Shown here piece after piece: positions 42,101 through 56,591 of a stretch of 64,000 nucleotides of DNA. The translations under genes and the position numbers were made by a program. The notes below the pieces were generated by a model, which worked only from the letters and a program-made list of their open reading frames with translations, did not search any database and was not told where the DNA came from. The DNA comes from the human T2T-CHM13v2.0 reference genome, Homo sapiens. The DNA is taken from NCBI RefSeq assembly GCF_009914755.1, contig NC_060936.1. One strand, written 5' to 3'. The first letter of the stretch is position 1, and each line of letters begins with the position of its first letter.

Positions 42101-43229
42101 TAGATAAGCTATTATTGTCTGAGCTTACAGTGGAGCCTGTGGTACCATGACATTTCCCTCCCTGTAGGATCCTGCTTCATCCTCAGCTTTGACAGCTCCT
42201 GCTTGTCTGTGCCAAAGAGACAGTCTCTCTAAACACTGTTGTCACTCTCCCAGCGGTACTCCACCCTTGCTTATTTATTACTCAATGCTAGACCTATTTT
42301 GGCAGTGGGGACAAGGAGAGTTCTGTGTTGTAATGAACCAGTCACAGCCTTAGGCAGACTCTGTGTACTTGAGTCTCAGGACTAGGACTCTTGGAGCATT
42401 CCTGCCCCTCCTCCACATGGCGGCCAAACTCTGCCTTATATCTGTGTCGTTCACAGTAAACGAGAGTTTATTGCTCCTTATCCCTGACCTCTAATGGGTA
42501 TCCAGGTAAGATCTTGGACCCAAGACAACTTTCCTGGCCTTTCCCCAGAAGCAAAGGCCTTTTGCTTCTACCCTTCCTTCAACAGCAAAGGAGCTTCTCA
42601 TCTATGTCCTACTTCTCCCCCAGAGACAAGACTATTTTGCTTTTTACTTCTCCAGAAGCAAGGGGTTTTTGCCTGGGCTCAGGGAAATGCAGGGTTTGCT
42701 GCTCCTCCTCGTGCAGCTTAGAGTTTTGCTTCTTATGCAAAAAGGATCCACAGAAGTGGACAGAGCGCCGTAACTGTCTCCCAGAAACAGCTGATTACCT
42801 ACACACCTGAGCCACCGAATATGACTTCAGTTTCCTGCACAGCCTTCAGTATTTTCCCCGAAAAGCTGGTAGGCGTCCATGGAAAAGAGCTTGCAGGAGA
42901 CTGTAAACTCCCCATGTGTCTTGGGCTTCCTGATATTCCAAACTGACATGCTAGCTCACACCTGGCCTTTAAAAAATCTGTTAAATTTTAGCTAATTTCT
43001 TAATATCTTCTTACTCATGGATATGGTGACCATCTCTTTCTCCTGTGCTCTGCCAAAGTTTGAACATTTTGTGTGCCCCATCTCTCTTTGGAGCAGTTTT
43101 CACTGTGTAGTTTGGTTTACTTGGTCACTTTATGACCTTAGATCTCAGCGGGGTTCAGAAAAAGTTATAATTTTGTATATTATCTGGATTTTTCATTGTT
43201 GCAGAGAGATCGATGTTCTATATTTTCAT

Positions 43230-43580
43230 TTGTTTGTTTGTTTGTTTATTATACTTTAAGTTCTGGGATACATGTGCAGAACGTGCAGGTTTGTTACATA
43301 GGTATACACGTGCCATGGTGGTTTGCTGCACCCATCAACCCGTCATCTACATTAAGTATTTCTCCTATTTCTCTCCCTCCTCTAACCCCCCACCCACCGA
43401 CAGGCCCGGTGTGTGATGTTCCACTCCCTGTGCCCCTGTGTTCCCGTTGTTCAACTCCCACTTATGAATGAGAACATGCGGTGTTAGGTTTTCTGTTCCT
43501 GTGTTAGTTTGCTAACTAAGAATGATGGTTTCCAGCTTCATCCATGTCCCTGCAAAGGACATGAACTCATCCTTTTTTAT
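43230..43580 (-). mobile_element. 5'-truncated L1PA (about L1PA7) 3' end
   Basis: ttattatactttaagttctgggatacatgtgcagaacgtgcaggtttgttacatagg...ccctgcaaaggacatgaactcatcc. Confidence 0.92.
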
Positions 43581-46109
43581 ATTTTAAGCCAAGCTGCATT
43601 TCAAAGCTGTTTTTAATCTTTAAGGAAAAAATAATTCATATTGGCACTAACTACTGAACCTGGAATGAACGGCATTCTAAATTCTCAATTTGTCTCCAAA
43701 CTCATTAATTGAATTTGATAATTTTCACTGTGTCTAATATAAATAGAAACTCATGAAAGTTTATATAAAATCTGGAAGATGGTAAGCTGTTACATGGCTG
43801 TTTAAATGCATACTGCTTTGGTCTCCATCACAGCTAAATAAGAGAGGAGAATAATCAACCACTTATGCCGTTTTGTTTGGTTTTCCAGAAAGATGCAGGG
43901 GAGACAAGGCTGTTACCCACCTTTTCAAATGTTCAAAACATTTTTCAAGTATGATTAATTAATTCTAAAGTATTAGCATATGGCTCCTTCAAAGTCCGGG
44001 ACACATCCAATATTTCCAACGATAAGCTTAGAATATACTACATAAAATAACATCATAGTGCTGTTTTCAGTTTTCATTAATCCAAAGAAATTAGAAAGAA
44101 TTTAGAAGCAGTTTAGTCTAAACTCCTATGCAATGCAAAAATCTTCTCTAAATATCCCTGATTGATCATATACCTGAATCTGGAGCACCTTTCTACTCAA
44201 CAGGCAGCCTACGCAGTTTTTGGACAAATAATTTTAAGAAAAATTTTTCTTATATTGAGTCAAAAGAACCTTTCTAGGTGTGCAACCATTTGTTCTCATT
44301 TATCATCTTAGAGCTACTTACAATAAATCTAATCCTCTTTTTACCTGAAAGACCATCAAATACTTGAAATGGTTATAATGTTTTATTTTTCTTCTTTTTT
44401 GCCAAGCTAAAATTTTGTAATACCATCAACTACCTTCACGTTGATGTCTATTAAGCTGTAGTCTTCTGGCTTATGTCTCCACACTAAGTGCTCCATCTGT
44501 GACCCAAACTTTCTCCTCCATCATTAAAATATTAAATGTTCTGAAATGTTATGCACCCAGTGTTCAACTTTTTTTTTCTCTGTCTACATTCTCTCTCGGG
44601 ACAATCACATTCAAATTTTAGTCTATGTATCACCTCTATGAAAATGTTGCCCAAGTCTACCTTTGTTATTTCTTGAAATAGGGTGCTCACCCTGCTGCAT
44701 TTTGTGTCTGCAGGGGATCTCACCTTGCGAATCAGCCATCATAGGGTTTGTAAATTTTAAACTGATATTCCCCTCGTACTCTGGTGTGTGAGTGCATGTG
44801 TGTGTGCATGCATTTGTATATGTATGTGTATTTGGGGAGAAACTCTGTAGGTCAGTATAGAAAAGTGTTTATACAATTGTGCATTTACTTCTGCCTGGGT
44901 CCAAAAAGTCACAATAGCCTAGTGCAATTTTTAACATAAATTCCTACTATGAGTAGTATAAATTAATACCCCAGAGACACACAGAGCACAGACGAGGGTT
45001 CAGTTCCTCACATAATCATTTTTCTTACTCAAGGGCTGAGTAGAGAGAGGCTTCATCAAAAGTGTTTCTGATCAGTAGGCATAGTTTTTCTTCTCCCACT
45101 TTTTACAGGTGGCTGCTATCCAATGTCTGAGGACTATTCGAGGATCTTAGCTCCAGTTCTGCCCCTTCCCCCTACCTTCACCAAGTGATTTAGTCCTAAG
45201 ATTTCAGCACTTGTCCCACTGTTAGCAAAAAAACACCAATCCTACAGCTGAGGATCTACATCTAGTCTGATATTTCCTCCAGGCCATTACAGCATCACTG
45301 TTGGAGCTACTGCTCAGGCTTGAAATTCCCTCTAAATGTCTGCAACCCTGAGATTTATCTTGCCTTTCTTAAAATTTGTGTAATGTTTATATGAACATGT
45401 GGGGAGTGTGTGTGTGTGTGTATGTATGTGTGGTGTAGTGTGTCTATATTTTCTCAGTCCAACAGTTGCTAGAGATAGAACTCCCTTGCATTTCCTCTGG
45501 GAAGCTCAAAGGCTATGTATCAAAAAATACTCACATCACAATTCTACCAGAAATATTTGTCTGTGTTTCTGCCATAATGAATAGCACCCCATATTCTTAG
45601 TTTCCAAAATTTGGAAATGAAACTTTGGAATCATCTTAAATCCAAACTTTCTGTTGGTTCTCATATCCAGTTAATCACCAACTCAATTTTACAATTGCAA
45701 TCTTTTACTTCACATATTCTAGCAATCTCAGTTATGCATGAATATAATGATTATCTTCAGAATGTCAGAATGTGAAGATTAAATGAGATAAGTAGATCAC
45801 ATAAGAAGTACTGCAAGACTGGAGTAATAGATTGAATAAATCAGCTACTAGCTACCTAGTGACCCAAGTCAACCCAGTATTAGTATTTCAATTAGTGATG
45901 TTTATGAATTTTCACAAACCCATGTATCACACATATTTACTTAGAACAGATGAATGAAAAAAAACATAGAACCTAATATGACTTTTCAGTTTTTTATGAT
46001 TTTCTAATTTTTATTCTATTAGTTATCTCTGCATATACAGTGTTTCATTTCTCTTATAAACTGAAAGATTGGTGTAAATGAATAAAATTAATTAGTTAAA
46101 CATTAAAAT

Positions 46110-46310
46110 TTAGCCCTCATTATCTGCCAGGCACCATATTTCATATTTTATCTAATTTAATCTTTACAGAAACTTATTTATTGTTCTCACTTCACAGAAG
46201 AGGGAGTCTAGGTACATGAAAGTTAAATACTCTGATGATGGCCACAGGTAGAAAGGGGCAGAACCAGGGTGTAAACAAACAGATCTTGACTTCAGAGCTG
46301 ACAATATTGT
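46110..46310 (-). mobile_element. MIR SINE
   Basis: tgccaggcacc...tctaatttaatcttta...cacttcacagaagaggg...gggcagaaccaggg. Confidence 0.6.
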
Positions 46311-46344
46311 CTATGATGTTCTTCTGAATGAATACTGTATTAAC

Positions 46345-46610
46345 AGTATATTAATAGTGAGATTGTTGTCTTTTGGTAATTTCCAATTTGTTTAGTACTT
46401 TCTCAAATCTAGTACCCAAACTAAACTCCAGTTTGGATAATATACATTGAAAATGTGGTGGAACTAACTTTCTAGTTATGGAGAGCATGTGTCTTTTGAT
46501 TCTATTTAATTGTGAACTGGATCTGGTAGCCACATCACAATATTGACTTACATTGAGTTCACACATAAGTGAAATAAATGATTTTTTTCCATTTGGATGA
46601 CTCATAAATT
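46345..46610 (-). mobile_element. L3/CR1 LINE reverse-transcriptase C-terminal remnant
   Basis: ORF 46351..46605 ELNVSQYCDVAT...IKR...LE...KLE resembles CR1 LNMSQQCDVAAKKAN..CIKRSI..HLEYC..DKLE. Confidence 0.7.
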
Positions 46611-47365
46611 TTTCTTCTCCATGTTATTATTGAGCGGATGTATTTTTTAATCCATGAAAGACAAAATAGATCTCAACTAAATTGCATCTTTTTACTTTTA
46701 GCTCATTAATAAAATCTGTGGACAATTTTTGGAATCCTCACTTTGTCTTTTATAGTATTAATTAGTTATTCTTCAGGTTTTTGTCATTGGTTTCGGATTT
46801 GTAAAATTACATATCAGAGATACTGGCTATTTTTCCACAAAAGAAGCAAAGTATTATCCCATTATATAAAACTTGCATTGTGTCTTTGTACTGACACTTT
46901 GTTAAGAAAATACCCTAGAATAAGGAGAATTAAAAATTTTTTATGCTGTGAACACATATCTTTGTGTGAAAATAAAAGGAAAAACTCTGTTCCATCTCTT
47001 CTTGAAATAAACTATTGTAATTCTCCATTGGAAGGACGGTGGTGCTGGTGACAAAACTGATGTTTTTTGAAAAACCACAATTGTTAACGATAAAGACAAA
47101 GAATATAAAAACATTGTAGAGTGAAACATGCTTCACACAGAATCAATGAAAAGAGAGATTTCTCACTATAGTTAATGGAAAAACATGGAAAAGAATAAGG
47201 TCAAAACAGAGAAGATTTTTTAAAATAAATGCTTATTTAAGAACATGTGTAAATCTGAGATACAGAACGGCTAATGAAAAGTTCTTAGAATGGTGACCAT
47301 AAAATCGCTGTCTAGCTTAAGGCCAGCCTGCGTTGTTGATTTTAAGAATTTGTCATTGCTGTAGG

Positions 47366-47767
47366 TGTATTGGGCCATTTTTGTGTTGCTATAAAGAAAT
47401 ACCTGAGTCTGAGTAATTTATAAAGAAAAGAGGTTGAATTGGCTCATGGTTCTGCAGACAATACAAGAAGTGTGGTCCCAGCATCTGCTTCTGGTGAGGG
47501 CCTCAAGAAGCTTGCAATCATAGCAGAAGGTGAAGGGAAATCAGGTGTCTCACGTGGCGAGAGCTGGAGCAGAGGGAGGCGGGATGTGCTGCACAATTTT
47601 AAACAACCAGATTTTGTGAGAACTCACTGACTACTGCAAAGACAGCACCAAGCCATTCAAGAGGGATCCGCCCTGTGACCCAATGCCTCCCACCAGGCTT
47701 CACTTCCAACATTGAGGCTTATATTTCAATATGAGATTTGGAGAGGACAAACATCCAAACTATATCA
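47366..47767 (-). mobile_element. MST (MSTB-like) MaLR solo LTR
   Basis: tgtattgggcc...gttgctataaagaaatacctgag...ggacaaacatccaaactatatca. TSD gtagg/gtaga. Confidence 0.9.
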
Positions 47768-48372
47768 GTAGATTATATTTGTCATCAGCGATTTTTTTGA
47801 AAAATCAGTCACTTCAAGGATAGTGCAATCAGATGATTATCAAACACCTTAACACCACAACTGGCTGTCCAGAGTTTGTTCCGATTTTCTAGTAAGTTTG
47901 CCCAACTATACACTGATTCCAAACAATAGGTGTATTTTGAAACTCTCCTGGGGTCGGCCATCATAACTTTTTCTTCATAGTGTTTTGTGGAAACCACAGA
48001 CTTTGTCTAAGGCTGAGTTTCCCTGCTTTCCCCACACTTCTTCCTCCCTCTCTTTCTCTCTTTTCCTCTCCCTCTTCCTTACCACTTCCTCTCCTTATAC
48101 CTCTCTCTCTCATTTTGTTTCAAGTAATGTCAAATTAGAGCTAAGTTAGTAAGTTAGTGTTAAGTCAGTTCTAATTTTGAACATTTGCTCAATGAAAATT
48201 AAAGCCCCAGTCACAGGATAACCAGAGTCTTGAGAACTTTCTTTTTGTGTGAAAGCAAACAAGCATATTTTATTCCACTTGCTCCTCATGGAAAAAGAAG
48301 AAGTTTGAGGATAAATTAATGTCCCCTCATTTATTTCAATAGATTGTAAGATGTGAATCTTGTTATCTACAG

Positions 48373-48495
48373 GAAAACGTGTATAATATTATTGAAGAAG
48401 TTAAAAAAATATGCAGTGTTCTAGGGTGTGTGGAAACCAAACAAATTACAGATGCAGTAAATGAACTAAGTCTAATTCTTCAGAGAAAAGGAGAG
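48373..48495 (+). CDS. PIK3C2G: PIK3C2G internal coding exon (123 nt, phase 0->0): ENVYNIIEEVKKICSVLGCVETKQITDAVNELSLILQRKGE
   Basis: Acceptor ttgttatctacag|GAA, donor GAG|gtaagt. The VKKICSVLGCVETKQITDAV helical motif resembles class II PI3Ks. Confidence 0.95.
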
Positions 48496-48589
48496 GTAAG
48501 TACATTCATTTATTACACAGTAGTTTTAAACCTGAGTTCAATACTTAATTAAGGAGAGTGAAAGACTTTTTACTAACAACTATATTTCC

Positions 48590-48608
48590 GTGTGTATGTT
48601 TGTGTGTA

Positions 48609-48658
<50 letters not shown>
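48590..48658. repeat. (TG)n microsatellite
   Basis: About 24 pure TG units plus an interrupted 5' part, about 100 nt downstream of exon 48373-48495. Confidence 0.95.
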
Positions 48659-48659
<1 letters not shown>

Positions 48660-50138
48660 ATGCAGCCAAACAGTATATTTCAATTGTTTGGGGGTATTGG
48701 CAGCTTGAGTCTATTATGCCAAATAGATCTGATTAAACTATAAGAACACTGATTACACCTTTGAAGTTTGTAACCACCTTATAACTTCAGGTGATATTGT
48801 AATCAATCCTACAATCCTACCTAAATGAACGTAATTATATAATAATCACATGTAAGTGTTTGTATAGATTGTTAATGGTTCTCATGTATACGAGTGTATA
48901 CAGGCATTAAGTGTCATGTTTGTATGGATAAGCATATTTATAAAAAAGAAAAAATCAATTTTTGTGGTATCTTTTGCGAATTTTGCAGTGCACACTGCCT
49001 CCATGATTTCTGTGTGACTTTCTATGGATCCCACATCATGATTTGGTGGGCTTAAAAAATGGGCATTATGTGATTTTCTTTTGAATTCTCAGAAATCTGA
49101 TGTAGACCTGTAAGTGATTATTTTCCAAGAAAAATATTACGACATCTGGTTACAATAAATTCATTTATCTTATTATTAGTTTAGCAAATGATAAAGCAGA
49201 AAGATATGATGATAATAACTAGCATTTGCTAGTCCATTGTAATGTATAAAATAGTTTGACATATGCATTACCTCACTGAATTTAATTTTTATTTTATCTC
49301 AATAGATGCTCACAGCAATGTCATAAAGTTGGTATTTTAATGTTCATTTCACTATGAAAACTCAACACTTACAGTGTGTGTGTGTACAGAGAATTAATAA
49401 GTGGCAAAATACAGATTTGAACCTAGGCCTCTACACACATTACAGTGTATGTGAAACTTTCTAAGATAGAGTGAATACATACATTCTCTATCTGCATGGT
49501 AAAGAACAAGAGAAATTCTACTACTTTTGAATATGCCAATCTTGAAATTTTCAAAAGACTGATTTACAATGTAGATAATCATATTACCAAACAGAAATAG
49601 TCATGCTTACTGCTTATTGTTTCAAATAGATAAGTGGGTATGAAAATTCAGTAGTTTCTTAATGTTGGGCTTTCTAGATCTTATTTAATCCAAAGTTTTG
49701 TGTGATTAGACAGTAAAAAAATGAATATAGAAATTTAAATACGTTCTTTACATGAACAATGACAATGAAGATTTTGATGAGTCATGGAGGTATACCACAA
49801 AAATATTTTAAGGATAAACATTGCTGAAAAGCTAAAATGCAAAGCACTAAAGAAATCAAAATTTAAATAATGTAAACAATAAATCCAGAAATTAAATATC
49901 AAAGACAGATTTGTGTTTATTTCCCTAAATTTTTCTTAATAAGGAAACACCTTCTCTTTTACTTTCCAATTATAGAAGGAAATGGAATAACTATGTAGTC
50001 TCCAAAACTGTTTTTATATGTAGCTATTAAGACCTAGTGCCTTTACAAATAACAACAAGGTAAAACAATCTAATTTGATCATATATAATATAATCATATT
50101 TTTCTATTCTGCTTCAGAGTGAAAAAAATATACTACAG

Positions 50139-50355
50139 CAGGGTGTTCAATCTTTTGGCTTCCCTGGGCCATGTTGGAAGAATTGTCTTGGGCCACACAT
50201 AAAATACACTAACGCTAACAATAGCTGATAGGCTAAAAAAAAAAAATCTCATAATGTTTTAAGGAAGTTTACATATTTGTGATATTTGTGTTGGGCCACA
50301 TTCAATGTCATCCTCGGCCACATGTGGCCCACAGGCCGCAGGTTGGACAAGCTTG
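50139..50355. mobile_element. MER30 hAT-Charlie element
   Basis: cagggtgttcaatcttttggcttccctgggcca...ggccgcaggttggacaagcttg. Confidence 0.88.
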
Positions 50356-53275
50356 TATCAGAGTCTTAAAAAGCATTTCACCAGTATGTTTTGAAAACAA
50401 CTATTTTGATGAGCTTATAAACTTGGCAATTATATGATGCTGAAAAAGGGCTTTCTAATTGGTGATGTTAAGTCAGTATAACAAGGTAGTGAGAATTAAC
50501 TTTGAACAAGCAGTTATTACTCTTAAATTGTCACATTTTAGAAACATTACAAGCTCCAAGAGCTGATAAAATACATGAGATAAGATAATGCAGATACTAA
50601 GATCTACCAGTTTCTATCTAAACATCCTGTGGAAAACTAATTCACTTTTTGGAGTTTTAATTTTCCTCATGTTTAAAACAGAAAAATAAAATAATTTCCT
50701 GAGTTCTTGTGAGTATGGGAAACAATGTTAATAAAGGGCCCTGATGACAGTGTAGCTTAAATGAGATCATTGCTGTTAATGGAGGTATTAAGGATGGTGC
50801 TGGTGCTAGTTCTGGAGAATCTTTCCCACAACGCCAATATGAAGGCTTTAATTCACACAAGCACCAGGAAGGTTGGCCCTTGTCACCTCATGGCCATCGA
50901 TTACAGCCAGCCTCCTGACAAATATGAACCACTGCCAGAGGAGGAAACCAGATGTGTGGATGTCGACACGTCTTCCCATCTGTTAAGACTATTTGGTTAT
51001 TCTTCGACTTTTATGTCCAGTTCTTAACGAATTGGCAAACAACTGACCAAACAACGAGGAAAATATAATTTTAGGATGAAGTATTTCAAAGGATGTTAAA
51101 GTATTGCTGGTTATAAAAAGTTTTATCTTCAAAACACTCATTTTCTGAAACTCCTTAAGAGAATAAAAATGACAATTTTCAGAAATATCAAACTTACAAT
51201 ATTTGAAGCTAAAAGAATTCTTCACAAAGGAATTGGGTATTTCATAGGAAAGCCATAAACAATTATAATACTCAAGAAAAACTCATCTTCACATTTCACT
51301 TTCCTTATGTACTAGTATAAACACAAAATTTTGTGTGATATTTCTTTGAAACTTTTAAACTCGTAATGTCTAAATATTTATCCTATATTTTGATAAGACT
51401 AAAATGATTTTCATGCATAGAAATTAAAAAAGGAGTTGAAAATAAGGAGTTTATTTAATATATGTCAATAGACAAAATAGTTCAATATTCTGTAAAAACT
51501 GGGTCCCACTTATTTTGAGCAGACTGCTGAAAGCTCATTTATTCTACATCAGTTGCATTTATACTTTTGTTCATCTCTTTTTCCATCCCATTTTAAATGT
51601 GAGCCCACCTATGTAAGAGTACTGGCACACATAGTAAGTACATTTTACAGAATTTGTGCAGTAACCAGCTACAGTTAACAATGCCAAAGCAGTCTATCCA
51701 CCCACCATGAACTTAAGATTGAAGAAATGACAAATACAGGTCTTCTGCCAACAAACTGTGAAATTTAAGAAGCTTTTCTTTTTCTTGGCTGCATTTTTGG
51801 TCAACATGCAAAGGACTATTTCCTGCCATACAGGGAAGTCCTTAGGTGTTTATTAAATGTAAGTTTTGGCAAGATGAAGAATTATATGACAAACATACTT
51901 GTACTCTATTTTATTCTCTGACCCAGCACTGGAAACAATTTGCATCCTTCAAATTATATTCCAGAACTCACATAATTTAATTTCCATTAAATGCTTACAT
52001 AATAGGCGAACCACGAAGTGAAAATATGGTCTTGCACATCATGGTGTAGGTGGATGTCACGGTGATTTTCTAATACAAGTTTATATTTCTAAATAAATTG
52101 AATTTTAGTTAAATCAGTCTAACATTTTTAATAGTCTCACCCACATAGATAGAGTGGGGATCTTATATGTAGTTGTTAAGAGTAGCAACTGATACTATAC
52201 TCTAATGAAATATTTTGCCTAATAGAAATGCTTCTGAAAAGGTTCATGCAAATGATGCTTTTAATTAAAAAGTTGCATATAAATGTAATGACATTTTAAA
52301 CATGATCAAAATGTTCTCTCTCTAAAGGAATACTGTAACAATTTTTTTGTTACGGAAAAACAATTATTCTCTAATTTATTTGTTTGAGAAACCTGGCTTT
52401 TAACTAATTGTATTTCCTTAAATGCAAGACTTGAAATTTTATTTTTTTATTTTTACTTTTTTAAATTTTGAGTTTATAAATTTAAAAAATTTTAATGTTA
52501 ATTAAAATGGATCTTATTAAAAATTGTATTTCCTTTTGGGCTGAAACCATTTTTTAGGATGTCTATAAATCACCTTATACAGTTTTCATGATAGTTTAGT
52601 TACAACCAGCAAATCCTAAGCCACCAAAGTAATTCTAGGCTTCTAACAAGGATAAAAATAAATAAATAAGGAAGGCCACCACACTAATGGACATGAATTT
52701 AAAGAATAATGAAAATGAAAACCAAAAAAATAGGATTTCAGATTGTATTTTTTATTTAAGATATGACTCAAGATATTTTATTTTTTCAAGTGTTAGACTA
52801 TCAGATTTTTAAAAATTCCCTAAGAAGAAAAAAAGAAAGAAAACTATTTAGTGAATCTGTACTGATTTTGTCCACTTCAATTCAGTCTTGTTTTTGGTGC
52901 TGTCCAAAGCTTGCTGAATAACTGCTAGGAATAAGAGCTGGACACGGCATACAGAGAGAATTAGAAATGCACTTTTATCAAAAAATCAGTCACTGTTATG
53001 TAAGGAGGATTGAGCTTAGACAATCTGTTGTGGTAATTTCTTTTTAAAAAAATACATAACCTACATTGCTTATTACAATATTTAGAAAGTTTTTATTTCA
53101 TCATACAATTTAAATTCATCCTGTTTAATAAGCAAATTGATATATGATGCCAAGAAATATTTTGTTGTTTTACCATGACAAAGAAATTATAATGTTTAGA
53201 TTTTGGACATTACTATTTGACTATTTTGTGAATTTGTTGTGCGAATAACAAGTATAATTTTACATTTTTTTTCAG

Positions 53276-53309
53276 AATTTTTATCAAAGTTCAGAGACTT
53301 CAGCAAAAG
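53276..53309 (+). CDS. PIK3C2G: PIK3C2G 34-nt coding microexon (phase 0->1): NFYQSSETSAK
   Basis: Acceptor cattttttttcag|AAT, donor AAAG|gtaaaa. Needed to bridge phase 0 to the phase 1 of the next exon. Confidence 0.9.
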
Positions 53310-53408
53310 GTAAAACATACATGTACTCAAGTATTTTGAAATAAAGAAAAAAATAAGTTACAGAATCCAAAATACTTTTTTCAATTTTTTTATGCAAATA
53401 CTGTGGTA

Positions 53409-53415
53409 ACACACA

Positions 53416-53443
<28 letters not shown>
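53409..53443. repeat. (CA)n microsatellite
   Basis: Visible about 100 nt downstream of the 34-nt exon. Confidence 0.93.
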
Positions 53444-53446
<3 letters not shown>

Positions 53447-56400
53447 CTTTTTGAGGAGAAAGATGCTTTTCTAAAGTTCTTTTTATTAATGGAAGTGATT
53501 ATTCTGCAAGGGAATAAAAATCTGCACTCTCTAAACTTTTAGCCTGATATTTTAAAAATAATGAGAAAAATAAAAAGATCTATAAAAATTATAATACTGA
53601 AAATATCTTATAACCATTCCAAGACATTGAAAATTTTACCATTTACTTAATTATATTTTGATGTAAGAAAAATTAGAAAAGTAGTAGATGTCTGTCTGCA
53701 AGGTCATCCACTTCAAATTTGAATTCCAGCTCTATTTGAAAGACCAAGCTAATATAACAGGTAGGAGGATTTGGTTCTGGAATAATTAGTGTTTACAGAG
53801 GCTTCGAGTCTATAAAATTGCAAGCCACGGGAGGACTTTGCCTCTATAGAAAACAGTAGGTGTGAGATTGCATGGGACGGAGCAGTCTGACTTTTGGAAT
53901 CAGGCAGAACTGGTTTTGAATTTCAACTCTCCCAACTCAAATCTCAACTGGTTTTGAATCAAAGACTCTGCTTTCAGAGTCTGTGAATCTAGATTAAACT
54001 CTTTGATCCCGTTATAGTAATATGCATAAACAATATAATAGGATTTAATGTGCAGGATCTGGTCAGGATCGTTCTTGGTTGTAGATGGTACTTGGCACAG
54101 GAATACTCTGAGTATCTGCAAGAAAACTGCCTGCCCCTCAGATGTTCAACTAACCCCTGGATTCAGAACAATCCATTGGAAAGCAAATGAAAACCTAACC
54201 TGCCCTCCACACCCTTAACTGTTTCAGTAAAGAGTCACGTACAAAAGTATATCCTCTCAACTCTAATTCCCACCACTCAAAAGAAGACACTCAATTAAGT
54301 TTGAGGAACTCCCCCGTCTCACATCAAAAAGGAAAATAGGGTGGCGGAGGGTATAAAGAAACTTGTGCAAGTACAAAAACCCTATTCTAGGTGTTCATAA
54401 AACTCCAGAACACCATAGAGGGAGGGAAGGAATGGACACTTCCTGACAGTATTGCTAACAGAATCTAAGTGGTCGTATGTGGAGTGAGCGAGCTGCAGGC
54501 GTGTCTGTATGAAACTGATTCTCCCTTTCTATCAGGAATGTTGTAATGAGGTCTCCTCCCCCATATTCCTCAGGGGACTGGAATATGAGATCCCACAAAA
54601 CTGTACAGAAATGTTCCTGGAGACTTATATTCTATAATAAATCATGATAGATTTTAATTGAGTCTAAATTGCACATAGATTGTCCTTGCCTCTTTATTTC
54701 ATGGCACTATAACTCTTTTCCAGAGTAAAATTAGGTGCGATAAACACTTTTCCCACCATATTTCACCACCAAGCCCTGTGTCTTGGGTTCTTAATATGTT
54801 TTGATGATGTTATTTGAAATGTAGTCTGCATCCAGAGTTCAGGAAGTAAAACATAATGCATAAGCATACATCTCTATGCAAACTCAAAGTAGCAAATTTT
54901 ATCCAAGAACCATGTTTCTGCATGAAAAGCAAAAAGTAGAGTTTAATTAACCAAATGGCTAAGTTTTCCCCAAAATATACGCTAAAGCTTAAATTAATAA
55001 ATCAAATTTATGATTTATTTTAGATGTGTGTTCACTTGCACAATGTTGGGAATTCTTGAAAAGGAGTTTGTGCTTCCTGCTTCAGTATACCAAAAGTACA
55101 ATTTGGAGATAAAGAAACAAGATGTTTCCATAAATTTATAATGCTCTGCCTCCTGCTGTTCAGCAGAATCTCTGTTGGTTGGCCTCCAAGTTTGATGAGG
55201 CCTCTTTTAAGACTATTTTTACACTGCTTTACTCTTCCGCTTCATTAATTGCTACTGCTGACTTCTCAGAGAATTTTAATTACAGGTTTTCTTTTTCCTC
55301 TGCTTGTCCCCCCCAGACTGTTTCAACAGAGGGCACAATTTAAGAAATATAACAAATAAGGAAAATTAATCTACCTTATATATTTTGTACAAATTTATGA
55401 ATAACTAAGTGAAAAATAGCATGTGTTAAACAACAACAAAAATGTTTAATTATAGACAGACGTACTGAGGCACAGACAGGATGTGGGAGGAAGCTCCATG
55501 TCAAGCTGGCCCCTTTCCTGAAGCATCCAACTGCCTGTGTGCTGGAACACTGTAGATTATCAAAGGAAATATCTAGCTCTTTGCACTATTTTCATTTCCA
55601 AACAATTAGAAACAAAAGGCAATTCATGCTTTTTTAACTTATAAAGTGTTTATTTCTAGAATTTTCTTTTAATTTTTTTTTACTTAAGTTTACTTAAGGT
55701 AACAAACTGTGGAAAGCGAAAGTACTGTTAAGACTGAACTACTATATAGGGAATTGCATGTTTTAAAAGCAACTTATAAAGAATTGCATGTGTTTGAATA
55801 AACAACTGTATCGACTAACTTAGCACATGGAATCATCACAGCAGATCTTAAGAACACAATTTCTGATGATGTGCTTACTTGTTCTCAATTTCTACTTAGC
55901 TGCCAGAGGAAAACTATTAGCTCCTATAACTAGTAATTTTTCATTTTTCTTCTTTCATGACAAGTCACTTTTAGGAATAACCAGTAGACTCCTTTTAAAT
56001 AACTAATGGCAAAACTCAAGAAAGTCTTTGATTTTGAAGAGATACAGTAAACATCATAAATCTTTCATTTCAAGCTGGTTTTAAATCCTAGCCTTGTACT
56101 ATTTTCATTCTCTTTTTAATATCAACACATTGTATATGATTAGTGTTCAGTTAATAGTAAACATGATAGCATCATCAAATTTATTATGATTAATTCTTTA
56201 GATGGAATTTGTTTGATGTACTTATAAGCCATCTATATTCCTTGTCTGAAAATTAATTTTAAACAATCACAAATCAGAACAAAAATTATTGCAAATTACA
56301 GTTGATCAGAATGTCAAATTAATAATTTTTTAAATTCCAAATTGTTATGAAAAGGCCATGCTTCCAAGATTTCTGCAGCTGAAGATCAGAAAGCTTATTG

Positions 56401-56591
56401 ATGTCTAATCTAGCAGCAACTAAACCAGGTTGCATTCAGAGGTACAGATAGTTAATTCTCTTCAATTGGTAAAGGGTCACTTTAATTAAAATTATTGAAA
56501 TTGTATTATATGACATTTCAAAGCTGTAATTGATGGCCTATGATAAATATGGCCCTTCTTAGTGACTTGATCTCTATCTCTTCCTTTCTAG

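Noticed and set aside
50740-50920. Possible C/D-box snoRNA (ctgatga...ctga)
   Set aside because: Imperfect box C, long spacing and no terminal stem.
53740-54600. Possible LTR-like block
   Set aside because: I could not identify termini, a TSD or a family with confidence.
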